A stretch of 64,000 bases of DNA from NCBI GenBank assembly GCA_021797995.1, contig JAJZYR010000003.1, positions 8,798 through 72,797 of the forward strand. The letters are read 5' to 3'. Source of the DNA: Candidatus Micrarchaeota archaeon (GTDB lineage: Archaea > Micrarchaeota > Micrarchaeia > Micrarchaeales > CABMGC01). A model generated the notes under the pieces. That model was not told the origin of the DNA and did no database searches. It worked only from the letters and a program-made list of their open reading frames with translations. The position numbers were made by a program, and so were the translations under genes. Shown here one piece after another: positions 10,145-20,480 of this stretch. The number at the start of each line of letters is the position of its first letter. Position 1 is the stretch's first letter.

Positions 10145-11389
10145 TTGGCGCATAGGGTATACGGTAACACGGTGTTAAAGGGGCTTGCGCGCCTGCCAGG
10201 CACCGAAGCGCAGCAGGAGCGGAGGGTTCTGCCGGCAACACTTACCTCAGAGATAGACAGGCTCAGGTCCCACGACGGGTGGCTCAATGCAGGCATTCCA
10301 AAGTACAATCGCCTATTCGGGAGGGATGCTGCGATAAGCGCCTGGCAGCTCTTGAGATACGATCCTGAGATAGCAAGAAGCACGCTGCTTGAGCTGGCGA
10401 GGCTGCAAGGAACAAAGAACGACCCCGAGACAGGGGAGCAGCCTGGAAAGATACTGCATGAGAACACTGCCGTGGCGATACCTGGGATCAGCTGGCTCAG
10501 GCCTAACAGGCCCGTTTACTTCTCCATCGACTCGACTCCGCTATTCCTGATACTAGCCGGGAAGTATTATGAAGCGACGGGAGACAAGATGACGCTAAGA
10601 AAGCTGCAGCCCAACCTTGTCTCCGCAGCAAAATGGATTCTTGATTACGGAATGAGTTCAGGACTGGTAAGGTACGACAAGCCTGCCGGCGGGAAAGGGC
10701 TTCAGAGCCAGAGCTGGAAGGACGGAATAGGGGTCCTCATGGACACGCTGGAGGGGCCAGTCGCGGTGGTTGAAGTCCAGGGGTATGCATACTGCGCGCT
10801 TAGGTCAACTGCCGCCATCCTCGCCGGCTTTGCCGATGGCGCGCTTGCCGTAAGAATGAAGGAGGCGGCAGTGCTGCTCAAGAAGCGTTTCAACGAGGAA
10901 TTCTGGCCCCCAGGCGCCGATTTTCCGTACCTCACGATAGACGGCATGGGAAGGAAGCAGGCGGCGATAACGAGCAATCCTGGCCATCTGCTTTTCACAG
11001 GCATACTCAACGCCGACCAGGCCAGCCGCATAGTCTCAAGGATCTTCAAGCCAGACATGTTTACGCGGTGCGGCATAAGGACGCACTCCGCGGCAAGCCC
11101 TGACTTTGATGAATACGCTTATCAGCTCGGTTCGGTCTGGCCTCACGACAACTGGGTCATAGCGCAGGGTCTAAAATCTGCCGGATATCCTTGGCATTAC
11201 GACGCGATAAAGAGGGCAGTATCAGGCGCGCTGGTCGGTATGGGAAGCAGTCCGGAGTATATGCCCATTGGGTTTAACGGCTCTGCCATGGGCCTGGCCG
11301 ATAGCAGGCTGGTCTCGCCGCCGTGCACGCCGCAGGCATGGAGCTCAGGCGCCCTTGCTGACTTCCTGACGGAAGTGCGCAGGGGCTGA
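10145..11389 (+). CDS. glycogen-debranching-enzyme-like (alpha/alpha)6-barrel glycosidase (amylo-alpha-1,6-glucosidase family)
   Basis: 414-aa ORF whose YNRLFGRDAAISAW, STPLFLIL, VQGYAY and GSVWPHDNW blocks resemble the archaeal GDE C-terminal domain. The listed start is TTG with no in-frame ATG nearby. Confidence 0.6.
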   Translation: MAHRVYGNTVLKGLARLPGTEAQQERRVLPATLTSEIDRLRSHDGWLNAGIPKYNRLFGRDAAISAWQLLRYDPEIARSTLLELARLQGTKNDPETGEQPGKILHENTAVAIPGISWLRPNRPVYFSIDSTPLFLILAGKYYEATGDKMTLRKLQPNLVSAAKWILDYGMSSGLVRYDKPAGGKGLQSQSWKDGIGVLMDTLEGPVAVVEVQGYAYCALRSTAAILAGFADGALAVRMKEAAVLLKKRFNEEFWPPGADFPYLTIDGMGRKQAAITSNPGHLLFTGILNADQASRIVSRIFKPDMFTRCGIRTHSAASPDFDEYAYQLGSVWPHDNWVIAQGLKSAGYPWHYDAIKRAVSGALVGMGSSPEYMPIGFNGSAMGLADSRLVSPPCTPQAWSSGALADFLTEVRRG

Positions 11390-11574
11390 CAGCGTAAGCG
11401 GGAAACCGCGTCCTGTCCATTGGCGGGGGTAGGTCATGAGCCAAGACCAACGCGCACAGCACCACAATATTTTAATATGTGTACATCCTATCCTTATTCA
11501 TATCTTGCCAGCTAACTAAGTTGTCTGTCATCTTCTGGCAGGATCGTTTATCCAGGCTTCAAACGTGGCGCTGA

Positions 11575-14500
11575 ATGGGCTTAATTACCGCAGTATTGGT
11601 GGGCTTTTTATCGATCATAGTTCCTGGGTTCTTCATAGCTCTCGGGCTGCTGAAGAAGACGAAATTCAACATGTTCGAGATAGTGGTAATAGGGTTCATA
11701 CTGGGGATGGTGCTGCCGCCAATGGCCGTATGGCTCGAGTCATACCTCATCCCCTATTCATCCGCCTTCTCCTTCTCGGCAGGCTTATACAACCTCAACG
11801 TCCTTGCAATAACCATAATAGGAATTGCGCTCTCCTTCAAGCAGGGCGCGTTTGACTCCCTTCCAGCGCTCCTAGGTACGAAGGCCGGGCGGTATCCTGG
11901 CATAAAGGCAGTAAATGCCGACTACAAAAAGAGATTAGCCGAGGTCAGGGATACGATTTCAAGGCTAGGCATGGACCTTCAGGTAATAAAGGAGCACCAG
12001 AAGGAGGAAGACAGCCTTGCGAGAAGGCACGAGGATGAGATTGCGCTCCTGCAGGATGCAGGCCCCGAAGAGCGCGCAAAGGTGGCCGAGCTGCACCGCA
12101 ATCAGGAGAAGACGCTTTACGAGGAGCACGAGCAGGAGGAAAAGCTGCTGATAAGCAGGGCTTCAGGCGCAGCCGCACCGCAGCGCAAACCCGGCATAAA
12201 GCTGGTCTGGGTGCTCCTGGCGCTCCTCATGGTATTCACCTTTGCGACAAGGTTCGTAAACGTCGGAATCTCTCCAAAGTACTTCGAGTTTGATCCGTAC
12301 TTCGACATGGTCAGCACGCAGTACATCCTTACCTTCGGATACCAGCTCTACCTGGACCATTCCGCGTGGCCAGCAGTGCCTGCCGGCACGAACCACAGAG
12401 CCGAGCCCCTGATACCGTATATCGAGGCATACTGGTACGACGTTGCAGGTCCGCAGCCGCAGGCAACCCTTGGCGGAACGGTGCCGATTGCCGGAAGCGT
12501 TAAGTATACACCACCAAATACGAATCTGCTGAGCCTTGTCTCGAGCTACTATCCCCCTATTGCAGCAGCGCTTCTCGTATTCGTGGTGTTCCTCTTCCTG
12601 TACCACATATACGGCGAGTATCCTGCGGTGATAGGCGCCGTGCTTGTTGCCGCAATGCCCACACTCATAACCACGTTCATAGCAGGCGAGCAGCTCCTTG
12701 AGCCCTTCGGCATCATGCTGCTCTTCTTTTTCTTCGGCACCTACCTCATAGCGGCCGAGAATCCGAAGAACCCCAGATACGCAGTGCTTGCAGGGCTTGC
12801 ATTCGCTGCAAACTTCCTCGGAGCGCAGTACTACACCGTACCTACTGGCATACTTGCGGTGTATATCGTAGCCCAGGGCCTCTTCAATGTGATTAAGGGC
12901 AGCCAGATGCGCGACTTCTACAAGATGAACGCAATTGTTATCGCCGTATTCGCCGTGCTGTTTATACTCTACATGCCGTACGCGGCGACGCTGCAGAACA
13001 GGATCCCTGCATACTTCGGGATTCCGATAATAATCAGCTTCCCCCTCATAGCGCTTCTGCTTGTTGCGGTCTTCCAGGCGGTGCCGGTGCTGCTGAAGAG
13101 ATACGGCGTGCTGGTCCGCCAGCTCGACTGGAGAGTCTATCTCGGATGGCTCGCGGTCCTGCTCCTAGCGCTCATAGTCGCGGTTGCGCTCACGCCGCTG
13201 GGGGGCCCCGTAAAGGCATATCTCTCGTTAAGCTCGCACTTCACCCATCCCTCAACTCCCCTCTTCATGACGGTGCAGCAGTACGCGCCCACGGGCCTTG
13301 ACTTCAATTTCGGGGCTGCTGGCTTCGGGCCCATCGGAGCAAATCTCTTCGCCGGAAGCGGGAGCAACGGCTACTCGTTCATAATCTGGCCTGTGCTAAT
13401 CGCATTCGCCGCCCTGGAATTCTATGCCATCTTCGTCAAGAACTCGCAGACCGGAATAATGGTGCTTGCCATAGTGGTTCCGCTGGCATACGCAGGCATG
13501 TCGGAAGTGAAGTATCTGCCCCACTTCGGGGTTGCGTACATCCTTGCCATCTGCGTGGTCATAGGCGAGGTGATGGTCTGGCTCAAGATCAAGCCAGGCG
13601 AGACAGAGAGACCAGCCATGTTCTTCTACGCCTTCATCATAGCGCTCCTGTTCCTGAGCGTCATTGCCAGCGCACTTGTACCCCAGAATTCCGGAACCGC
13701 GAACCTTGCCGCAGCAATAATCGCACTGGTCCTGTTTGCCGCAGGCATGATATTCTATGTCATCGCCGGCGCCTGGGGCGCCATAAGCGGCAGCCCGAAG
13801 GTGCCGGTAACCGGCATCATAACGGCAATACTGCTCATGGCTATACTGTCGGTGTCCGGCGTGCCGTTCGGTTCCGCCCTTCTTGCCAGCCTTGCCATGG
13901 GAATCGTGGTGCTTCTTGTAATGAGCCTCAGTAGTCTCTCTGTATCGAGGAACTACAAGTACTTTATGTGCTTATATATGTTCATGGCCCTGGTTGTCCT
14001 CATAGAGCTCGTGCCAAGCTTCACGTCTGTCTTCTCGGCATCCATGAACCAGAATTGCAACAGCATAATCAGAAGCAACAATGCGGTCGGAGAGGACATG
14101 TTCTGCAGCACTGTCCCACAGTACTGGCTCCAGGCCACGGCGTGGATGCGCGAGAACATAGGCCCGTACGGCCCAAGGATACTGGCGTGGTGGGACTACG
14201 GCGACTGGATTAACTGGTTCGGCAACAGCAACGCCGTGATCAGGGGCGACAACTCCGTGCCAACCGAGGACTATGCCACTGCCGCGAGATACGTGCTCGG
14301 GCAGTCCGACGGCTACGGCCCGTCAAACCTCGCAAGCTACATGAACTCGATACAGTCAAAGTACGTGCTCTTCGACGACCAGCTTGTCCCGAAGTGGGGC
14401 GCTCTGGACTTCCTCGCGTGCATATACACGAACCAGACGAGCCAGGCGTATGCGTACAGCGCCGGCAAGCAGTACGGCCAGCCTTTCCTGCTCGGTACCT

Positions 14501-15072
14501 CCCCATGCGAGGTCTCTCACTCCCCTGCAGAGCTGCTCGTTCCTGTAAACGTCACGTCCCCGGGAGCATACTGCTCGTTCTCCAATGCGACGTCAGCCTA
14601 CCTCAACAGCGTCGTGATCATAGGGTCATCAGTGCCGCAGGCCGTCAACCAGACATACTGCCTGCCTACGAGCTTCCTGAACAACTATCCCAACTCCTCT
14701 CCCACAAGGCTGCTTACGTCAAACGGGCTTAAGACAAACGCGATAGTGACGGCGCAGCTCTTCCAGGGGCTGCTTAACGCAGGCCCGGGCCAGCAGTTCG
14801 CAGAGTTCATGATACTCTACCTTCCAAACGGCCCGAACGGCACGGTTACCGATGCTCCGTCAAGGTTCTACAGCTCGAACTACTATCGCGGCTTCTTCCT
14901 GGGCAAGCTTCCAGGCTTCACGCTCGCATATCCGTCTAACTTCACCGGCGTGAATTACGTCAATGCGTCCAGCGGGATAATGATCTTCTCCGTGGACAAT
15001 TATACCGGCGGCAACGCGCCGACGACGCCAAAGCCGTCATACGCGAATAACAGCTACACGATGCCTGGCTGA
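11575..15072 (+). CDS. aglB: oligosaccharyltransferase AglB (STT3 family) with about 205-aa N-terminal extension
   Basis: 1165-aa multi-TM ORF with a WWDYG motif (ILAWWDYGDWINWFG) and an EL1-type acidic motif (YFEFDPYFD). The C-terminal soluble domain is rich in N-x-S/T sequons. Confidence 0.85.
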   Translation: MGLITAVLVGFLSIIVPGFFIALGLLKKTKFNMFEIVVIGFILGMVLPPMAVWLESYLIPYSSAFSFSAGLYNLNVLAITIIGIALSFKQGAFDSLPALLGTKAGRYPGIKAVNADYKKRLAEVRDTISRLGMDLQVIKEHQKEEDSLARRHEDEIALLQDAGPEERAKVAELHRNQEKTLYEEHEQEEKLLISRASGAAAPQRKPGIKLVWVLLALLMVFTFATRFVNVGISPKYFEFDPYFDMVSTQYILTFGYQLYLDHSAWPAVPAGTNHRAEPLIPYIEAYWYDVAGPQPQATLGGTVPIAGSVKYTPPNTNLLSLVSSYYPPIAAALLVFVVFLFLYHIYGEYPAVIGAVLVAAMPTLITTFIAGEQLLEPFGIMLLFFFFGTYLIAAENPKNPRYAVLAGLAFAANFLGAQYYTVPTGILAVYIVAQGLFNVIKGSQMRDFYKMNAIVIAVFAVLFILYMPYAATLQNRIPAYFGIPIIISFPLIALLLVAVFQAVPVLLKRYGVLVRQLDWRVYLGWLAVLLLALIVAVALTPLGGPVKAYLSLSSHFTHPSTPLFMTVQQYAPTGLDFNFGAAGFGPIGANLFAGSGSNGYSFIIWPVLIAFAALEFYAIFVKNSQTGIMVLAIVVPLAYAGMSEVKYLPHFGVAYILAICVVIGEVMVWLKIKPGETERPAMFFYAFIIALLFLSVIASALVPQNSGTANLAAAIIALVLFAAGMIFYVIAGAWGAISGSPKVPVTGIITAILLMAILSVSGVPFGSALLASLAMGIVVLLVMSLSSLSVSRNYKYFMCLYMFMALVVLIELVPSFTSVFSASMNQNCNSIIRSNNAVGEDMFCSTVPQYWLQATAWMRENIGPYGPRILAWWDYGDWINWFGNSNAVIRGDNSVPTEDYATAARYVLGQSDGYGPSNLASYMNSIQSKYVLFDDQLVPKWGALDFLACIYTNQTSQAYAYSAGKQYGQPFLLGTSPCEVSHSPAELLVPVNVTSPGAYCSFSNATSAYLNSVVIIGSSVPQAVNQTYCLPTSFLNNYPNSSPTRLLTSNGLKTNAIVTAQLFQGLLNAGPGQQFAEFMILYLPNGPNGTVTDAPSRFYSSNYYRGFFLGKLPGFTLAYPSNFTGVNYVNASSGIMIFSVDNYTGGNAPTTPKPSYANNSYTMPG

Positions 15073-15103
15073 TCCGGGCTGCAAAGCCGATTGCGGTGAC
15101 CTG

Positions 15104-16243
15104 ATGAAGCTCCTGATACTGCAACCTTATCTGAACCTGATGGGCGGCGTGGACAGGGTGATCCTGAAGATAGCGCAGCATTACGATGCGAAGATCCTCA
15201 CGCTCGAATACGACAGGAAAACTGCCTTTCCCGAGTTCTCTGACCTTGATGTAGAGGTTGTTGGCCCCCGCCGCAGTTCCGGAATCCTTCCATACAGGGC
15301 CGGGCAGGGCTTCAGGTACGGCTACGCTTTCTACAGGATGCGGATAAAGGAGGACTATGACGTCTTGAATCCGCACATCTCGCCGAGCGAGTGGATAAGG
15401 CACAGGAACGAAAGGGTGCTGTGGTACTGCCATACCCCTCCGCGCGAGGTCTATGACCTCTATTCGACCAGAATGCAGGGAAGGTCTGCGCGGGAGAAGC
15501 TGCTCTATGCTGCCATGGCCAGAACCTACAAGTTCATCGCCGGAAGGGTGGTAAGGAAGATAGAGGGCATAGCGACAAACAGCAGCATAACGAACGAGAG
15601 GATAAAGCGCTACTTCGGAAGGCAGGCCGAGGTGATAAATCCTGGGATAGACTGCGGCAGGTTCAGCAACAGGGGCGACGGGCGCTTCTTCTTCTGCCCG
15701 TCAAGGATAGTGGCCAATAAGCGACAGGATTACGTGATAGACGCATACAAGCAGTTCGCCAGGAGGGCGAAGGGCAGGAAACACAGTCTGGTGATTGCCG
15801 GAACAGTATCGAAGGATCCCGAGCATGCCGCATACCTGGAAAGGCTGAAGAGGTCCGCGAAGGGGTTCGACATAAAGATAATGGAGAACGTAAGCGATGC
15901 CGCGATGCTGAGGATGTACTCGAGATGCAGCGCTGTGCTCTTCTCGGCGGTAGACGAGGACTTCGGTTTCATACCGCTGGAGGCGATGGCGAGCTCAAAG
16001 CCTGTGATCTCGGTGAACGAAGGAGGCCCAACGGAAACGGTCGCAGACTCGAAGACAGGATTCCTGGTAAACTCCCCTACGGAGATGTCGAGGCGCATGC
16101 AGTTTATCGCAGAGCACGGCGACCTTGCGGAGAGGATGGGCAGGAACGGGAGGAGAAGGGTGGAGCAGAGATACTCCTGGGCTGCCTTCTTCGAGAAGCT
16201 CGATCCGCTGCTCAGGAAGGTGGGAAGGTCCGGGAACAGGTAG
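15104..16243 (+). CDS. GT-B glycosyltransferase (GT4-like)
   Basis: 379-aa ORF with EDFGFIPLEAMASSKPVISVNEGGPTETV (E-x7-E region) typical of GT4/GT1 enzymes, directly downstream of aglB. Confidence 0.8.
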   Translation: MKLLILQPYLNLMGGVDRVILKIAQHYDAKILTLEYDRKTAFPEFSDLDVEVVGPRRSSGILPYRAGQGFRYGYAFYRMRIKEDYDVLNPHISPSEWIRHRNERVLWYCHTPPREVYDLYSTRMQGRSAREKLLYAAMARTYKFIAGRVVRKIEGIATNSSITNERIKRYFGRQAEVINPGIDCGRFSNRGDGRFFFCPSRIVANKRQDYVIDAYKQFARRAKGRKHSLVIAGTVSKDPEHAAYLERLKRSAKGFDIKIMENVSDAAMLRMYSRCSAVLFSAVDEDFGFIPLEAMASSKPVISVNEGGPTETVADSKTGFLVNSPTEMSRRMQFIAEHGDLAERMGRNGRRRVEQRYSWAAFFEKLDPLLRKVGRSGNR

Positions 16244-16400
16244 CTGCAAAAGCACTGGCAGGCGCCGCCAGGTCCGGGTTCGCCGCCGCACAAAACGCGA
16301 ACAAACGTTTATATAAAATCAGCGCAAGTTTCTACGCAGGCGGAGCCGGGCGAGGAGCGAACCGCCCGCATGTTCAGAGCCGTGAGGCTGCAGTGACTAT

Positions 16401-16964
16401 ATGTCAGTGGTTAAGGCTGCAAGGCGGGAGATACAGCAGGCAAGGGTAGTTCCTGTGTCAATCACGCAGGAAGAGTGCTCCTTGAACGGGATAAAGGGCG
16501 CGCTGCCTGAAGGTTGCGTCGCCGCAACGCTGCAGCAATGCACCTTGTGGTATTTGAATAGTAAAGAATTCAGAGACGAGCTTGACTACATGAAGAGTCA
16601 CAAGCTAAGGGTATGGACGGCAACGAAAGGACTCAAGACGGGAGGGGCCTTAAAGCTCGACAAAATCGATTATGATGGCGAAATGACAGTGACCCAGACG
16701 CCAGGGTGCTGCTACAGGATCCTTGCCGATGGCACATTCGAAAGCGTGAGCGAAGAAACGTACAAAGGGCTTCCCGGCCACACCAGGGCATTCCACTTGA
16801 AGGGAGAAGGGCGCGTATCCATCCTCAGGCTCACGGACGGACGCGGCTTCAGCGAGCTCCTCGTCATCGGCGAAGCATACGGCGGGCGGTGTCGGGTAGC
16901 CTATGTAGCAGAGCATGATGCAGCAGCAGATGCAGGCCCGCTGCGCAATGCCGTAAGGAAATAA
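16401..16964 (+). CDS. hypothetical protein
   Basis: 187-aa ORF with no recognisable motif. A TATA-like GTTTATATAAAA lies at 16307-16318, about 85 nt upstream. Confidence 0.4.
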   Translation: MSVVKAARREIQQARVVPVSITQEECSLNGIKGALPEGCVAATLQQCTLWYLNSKEFRDELDYMKSHKLRVWTATKGLKTGGALKLDKIDYDGEMTVTQTPGCCYRILADGTFESVSEETYKGLPGHTRAFHLKGEGRVSILRLTDGRGFSELLVIGEAYGGRCRVAYVAEHDAAADAGPLRNAVRK

Positions 16965-17185
16965 GGGTAGAGAGTCGAAGCTGTCATGAGGAGCAAGAGT
17001 TTAAAGGCTTGTGAGCGGGAAATCCCTGCGTGCAGAAGGATAGCTCCGCCGTCCAGGAATTACGGAAGTAAGCCAATTCTTAGGAAACGCTCTTAAATGA
17101 TTATAATAAAAGAATTATTAAGGTGAAAAGATGGACAGTCATCGTGCTGCACCATAAGTTCCGACTCTGACGTTAGTGCCGCTGC

Positions 17186-18643
17186 CTATTCCAATGCCGC
17201 TGATTTTGCGCCGACTGGCTGTTGCTGATATACGGTAAATTCCCTCTCATTCCTGAAGCCCTGAAGTTTAAATCTGTCCCTCAGTGTTTTATACTGCAGT
17301 GCGTATTCGTTGTCGAACCTCCTGCGGCATAATGTGCCTGTTATAAAACCAGTAACGACCATTGCCCCTACCTCTATCCCGCCGACCTTCGCAGCCAGTG
17401 CCTCCGTCAGTTCCTGCAGGCCAGATTCCTTGAATACCGGCGCTGCCAGAAGGACGCCCCTCGGCATGTCTATGTCGCCGACAAGAGCGTACTTGCTAAA
17501 GCCGTTTGGCAAATACCTGATTATGTCAAGGAGCAGGGCAGGCCTTGTCTTTGCGAATTCCGCCCCTGATATAATCTTTATCTGTATAAACGCAAAATAC
17601 CTTATCGCTAGCGATTCCATATTTATTGTCACCCTCTTTATGACCCCTCTTTCAATAAGTTTGTGGTAGGTATACGCCGATGTACCCGCATGGAATCCGT
17701 ATTTCAGGTCAATCTCCCCGAATCCGACGCTTGCATTCTTATTCAGCTCCCTAAGGACTATCAACTCCCGCTCCAGCAGGTTCCAGCTAAGTGGCCGCGG
17801 GGTTTCCTTTGATCTCACCCAGACATTTGATTTAAGCTCCTCAAAGAATTCGTCCCTTAAGGGGATAAAATTGTAAGTAAGCCTGTTAGGGCTTGCATAC
17901 CATTCTGCCCTATACATGCGTAATGCAGATGTATTGCCGAATTCGGCCATGTAGAATGTCAATTCATCATTGCCCCTTTCGAGGACATATAAGACAAGGT
18001 CGTATTCCCCTTTAGTTAGTACGGCCAACTGTATCTTGGGCTCTTTGGTTATCGCATCCCTCAATATGCGCTCTGTTGGCTTTTCTTTTCTGAATTTTAC
18101 AAAGACCACGTAACTAAGATATCCAAGTTTTATCATATCCGGTTCTATCGTATATCTAATCCCCAGGTTCTTTTCCAGTTTCCTCACTCTGCTGTCAACC
18201 GCCGATATGCTCAAGTGCGTGCGCTCCGAGATAAAGGGCAGGCCGGCCCTTCCGTTCATGCTCAGTATTGTAAGGATCTTAGAGGTTATCTCGTCAGGAG
18301 TGAAGGCCTCTTTCTGTTCTCCAGCCTCCGTCTTTCCAGGAAAGAAGACCTTCCCGCCGCGCGAAAGTATCACTGCCTCGGCATTATCCAGTTCGTCATC
18401 CTTTGATAGCGCCCTCTTTATGAAGGCGCCTTCCTCGGTTATCTTCCCGAGATATTCAGAGGTGTTATGCCTCCTCTTTTTTTCCGCATCAAAAGATACA
18501 ATATCCTTATAGGCGTAGTATCTGCCCTGTATCCTTCTTACTACGATATAAGGCGGAGGAGGAGACTCCCGTCGCAGTTTCTCCAAGGCCTCATAGACTT
18601 TCTTAGGCAGCTTGTTCATATAATATCCTTTATAATAATACAT
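17186..18643 (-). CDS. tandem Lrp/AsnC-type transcription regulator (two HTH+RAM modules) with unknown N-terminal domain
   Basis: 485-aa ORF. Module 1: ILTILSMNGRAGLPFISERTHLSISAVDSRVRKLEKNLGI plus YVVFVKF...GEYDLVLYV. Module 2: LIVLRELNKNASVGFGEIDLKYGFHAGTSAYTYHKLIERGVI plus RYFAFIQIKI. Met at 18619 is an alternative start. Confidence 0.65.
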   Translation of the reverse strand: MYYYKGYYMNKLPKKVYEALEKLRRESPPPPYIVVRRIQGRYYAYKDIVSFDAEKKRRHNTSEYLGKITEEGAFIKRALSKDDELDNAEAVILSRGGKVFFPGKTEAGEQKEAFTPDEITSKILTILSMNGRAGLPFISERTHLSISAVDSRVRKLEKNLGIRYTIEPDMIKLGYLSYVVFVKFRKEKPTERILRDAITKEPKIQLAVLTKGEYDLVLYVLERGNDELTFYMAEFGNTSALRMYRAEWYASPNRLTYNFIPLRDEFFEELKSNVWVRSKETPRPLSWNLLERELIVLRELNKNASVGFGEIDLKYGFHAGTSAYTYHKLIERGVIKRVTINMESLAIRYFAFIQIKIISGAEFAKTRPALLLDIIRYLPNGFSKYALVGDIDMPRGVLLAAPVFKESGLQELTEALAAKVGGIEVGAMVVTGFITGTLCRRRFDNEYALQYKTLRDRFKLQGFRNEREFTVYQQQPVGAKSAALE

Positions 18644-18949
18644 TATATAGACTTTATGTTATCGGATAGGTTGCAGAATATATAATAAAATACAGAATAT
18701 AGTAAAATGATTGTTATATTTCAAAAGCGCCAAGATATTTCATGCGCATCGTACAGCACAACAAGCTCGTTTTTATATAGAAGCTTAACCATAGTACTAC
18801 CGTGGGACAGGGGAGTGATGGGTTGAGCGAAGAACACTGTACGTCTTTTTTCTCGTGCATATACCGACACCCCAACGTCGTAGATGCGAATCTGTCGCCT
18901 CTGTTCTGCAATTATATATGGGGCTCGCGCCTGTGAATCGGTGGAATCG

Positions 18950-19075
18950 ATGGGAATAAGGAACATGCTATTCGGGAAGAGAAGGGTGGAGATATACAGC
19001 ACGCCTGACGACAAGAGGCCGGTGAAGCTGGTGCCTGACGGCCCAGACTCCTGGAGGGTCGTCTACGACGACTGA
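18950..19075 (+). CDS. small hypothetical protein (41 aa)
   Basis: The ATG at 18950 lies about 33 nt downstream of the TATA-like AATTATATATG (18911-18921). Inside the longer 18884 ORF of the track. No homology recognisable. Confidence 0.3.
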   Translation: MGIRNMLFGKRRVEIYSTPDDKRPVKLVPDGPDSWRVVYDD

Positions 19076-19150
19076 GCTCTCTGCGTCTTTGCTTCGGATA
19101 CGCAGTGCCTGCGCACGCCGTCTGCCGCGCAGGAGGGACGGTGGGCAATA

Positions 19151-19324
19151 ATGGCAAAACTGGTAAGCGTATCGAACAGGATTGCGGAATACTTCTTCAA
19201 GGAGATAGAGAAGAATATAACAGAGGCAGAAAGGTGCTGGAATGCCGGCGACGCAAGTTATGCGACGTACATGCATAACGTCCGCAAGCTCCTTGACGAG
19301 TTCCACAGCATGTTTAACGACTGA
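19151..19324 (+). CDS. small hypothetical helical protein (57 aa, below the ORF-track cutoff)
   Basis: Hand-translated as MAKLVSVSNRIAEYFFKEIEKNITEAERCWNAGDASYATYMHNVRKLLDEFHSMFND, with stop TGA at 19322-19324. Confidence 0.3.
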   Translation: MAKLVSVSNRIAEYFFKEIEKNITEAERCWNAGDASYATYMHNVRKLLDEFHSMFND

Positions 19325-19357
19325 CTACTGACTGCTGTCTGCAACTGACTCATACTG

Positions 19358-19630
19358 GTGGGAAAAATGGATAAAATTGCCAAGAATAGCAGAGCGTACA
19401 GCCTCTTCTTCGTGAGGCCACAGAGGCAGGGGAACCTGCACGATAGCGCGAAGAGGCTCATGGGAATCAAGAGGGTGAGGCAGGTCCTCGTAACCGAGGG
19501 CGAATACGGCTTCGTGGTGATGGCCGACTCGCTCCTTGAGGACAGCGTGCCCGTATCTGACAGCATCTCGAGGGCGGTAGGTGGAAGGTCCAGCGCCGCG
19601 GTGTGCCACTGCCACTACAGAAGGCACTGA
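19358..19630 (+). CDS. stand-alone RAM (Lrp/AsnC ligand-binding-like) domain protein
   Basis: AYSLFFVRPQRQGNLHDSAKRLMGIKRVRQVLVTEGEYGFVVMA matches the beta-alpha-beta-beta-alpha-beta RAM pattern (..V..v..vtGeyD..v). No HTH is present. Confidence 0.5.
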   Translation: MGKMDKIAKNSRAYSLFFVRPQRQGNLHDSAKRLMGIKRVRQVLVTEGEYGFVVMADSLLEDSVPVSDSISRAVGGRSSAAVCHCHYRRH

Positions 19631-19728
19631 TCCTGAAGAGGATATTCATAGAGGACAAAATGTCACCGGAGCAGCACGACACAGGATTGCGCCAAAACAG
19701 ATATAAGACTTGACTGAGAAATAATGCC

Positions 19729-20355
19729 ATGGCACCTCTGTCATCAAGGCAACGCAGGTCCCAGAATACGGTTCCTGTCCTATATACCCGGAATCCAGGA
19801 TTTGCATTGCAGAGGCAGAAGGCGCTGCGGGATGCACATGGGGACCTTAAGACCTCCGACGAAGAGCTGATAAAAAGCATACTGAGGGATAAGAGGATAG
19901 TCGCATGCTATGAGGCAGATGCCCTGCCTGTAGGCGACAAGATACATGCCTTCAGGCCGGACTTCTTCCTTGAGGGCGTCAGGCAGGGCAAGAACACAAT
20001 GCAGCAGATAAGTATGGGTGGCAGGCAGATACTCCTCGAAGTGCACCACAATTGCAGCCCGGAATACATGCGCAAGGTAAGCCTGCTGCTGAAGAGTCGC
20101 GGAGACGAGTTCCATGTTATAATGGCATCCGACATGCCTGCGCTAAGCGTGATGGGAAACGGCACAACTATGAACAGGGCAGCATATGTGAGCGAGTACT
20201 GGCACCTCCCACAGCTGACTTCCTCCGGAGGCGACCGCGAGCCAGTGGAAAAGGAACTTGAAGCACGGATATCGGACCTGCTTAGAAAAGCCGACTTCGC
20301 CATGGTAGAGGTTAATCCTACAAGCTGGACAGAACAAATGCGCAGGGCTTCCTGA
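19729..20355 (+). CDS. hypothetical protein with PD-(D/E)xK-nuclease-like motif
   Basis: 208-aa ORF. FRPDFFLEG...GGRQILLEVHHNCS resembles the pDF...vEvdG..H core of Vsr/DUF559-like endonuclease folds. Weak, motif-level only. Confidence 0.35.
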   Translation: MAPLSSRQRRSQNTVPVLYTRNPGFALQRQKALRDAHGDLKTSDEELIKSILRDKRIVACYEADALPVGDKIHAFRPDFFLEGVRQGKNTMQQISMGGRQILLEVHHNCSPEYMRKVSLLLKSRGDEFHVIMASDMPALSVMGNGTTMNRAAYVSEYWHLPQLTSSGGDREPVEKELEARISDLLRKADFAMVEVNPTSWTEQMRRAS

Positions 20356-20480
20356 CTGCGCTTGCGGCGCCATTAACCTATAATGGGTGCTTACCATTAC
20401 TTAAGGCTTGTCTGCAGTTATCCTTGGTCCAGCCGCATTTAAATATGATGAGAAGAAAAGTTGATAGCGGAGGGGAATCC

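Noticed and set aside
17094-18730. AT-rich similar strings (AAATGATT, TATAATAAAA) on both sides of the tandem-Lrp gene, as possible element boundaries.
   Set aside because: The matches are short, low-complexity and inconsistently oriented, so they cannot be distinguished from TATA-box-rich promoter/terminator sequence.
18700-18900. Possible C/D-box sRNA or other ncRNA (GTGATGG... near 18825) in the AT-rich gap downstream of the Lrp-like gene start.
   Set aside because: The C box is imperfect and there is no properly spaced CTGA D box or terminal stem. It is more simply promoter/UTR sequence.
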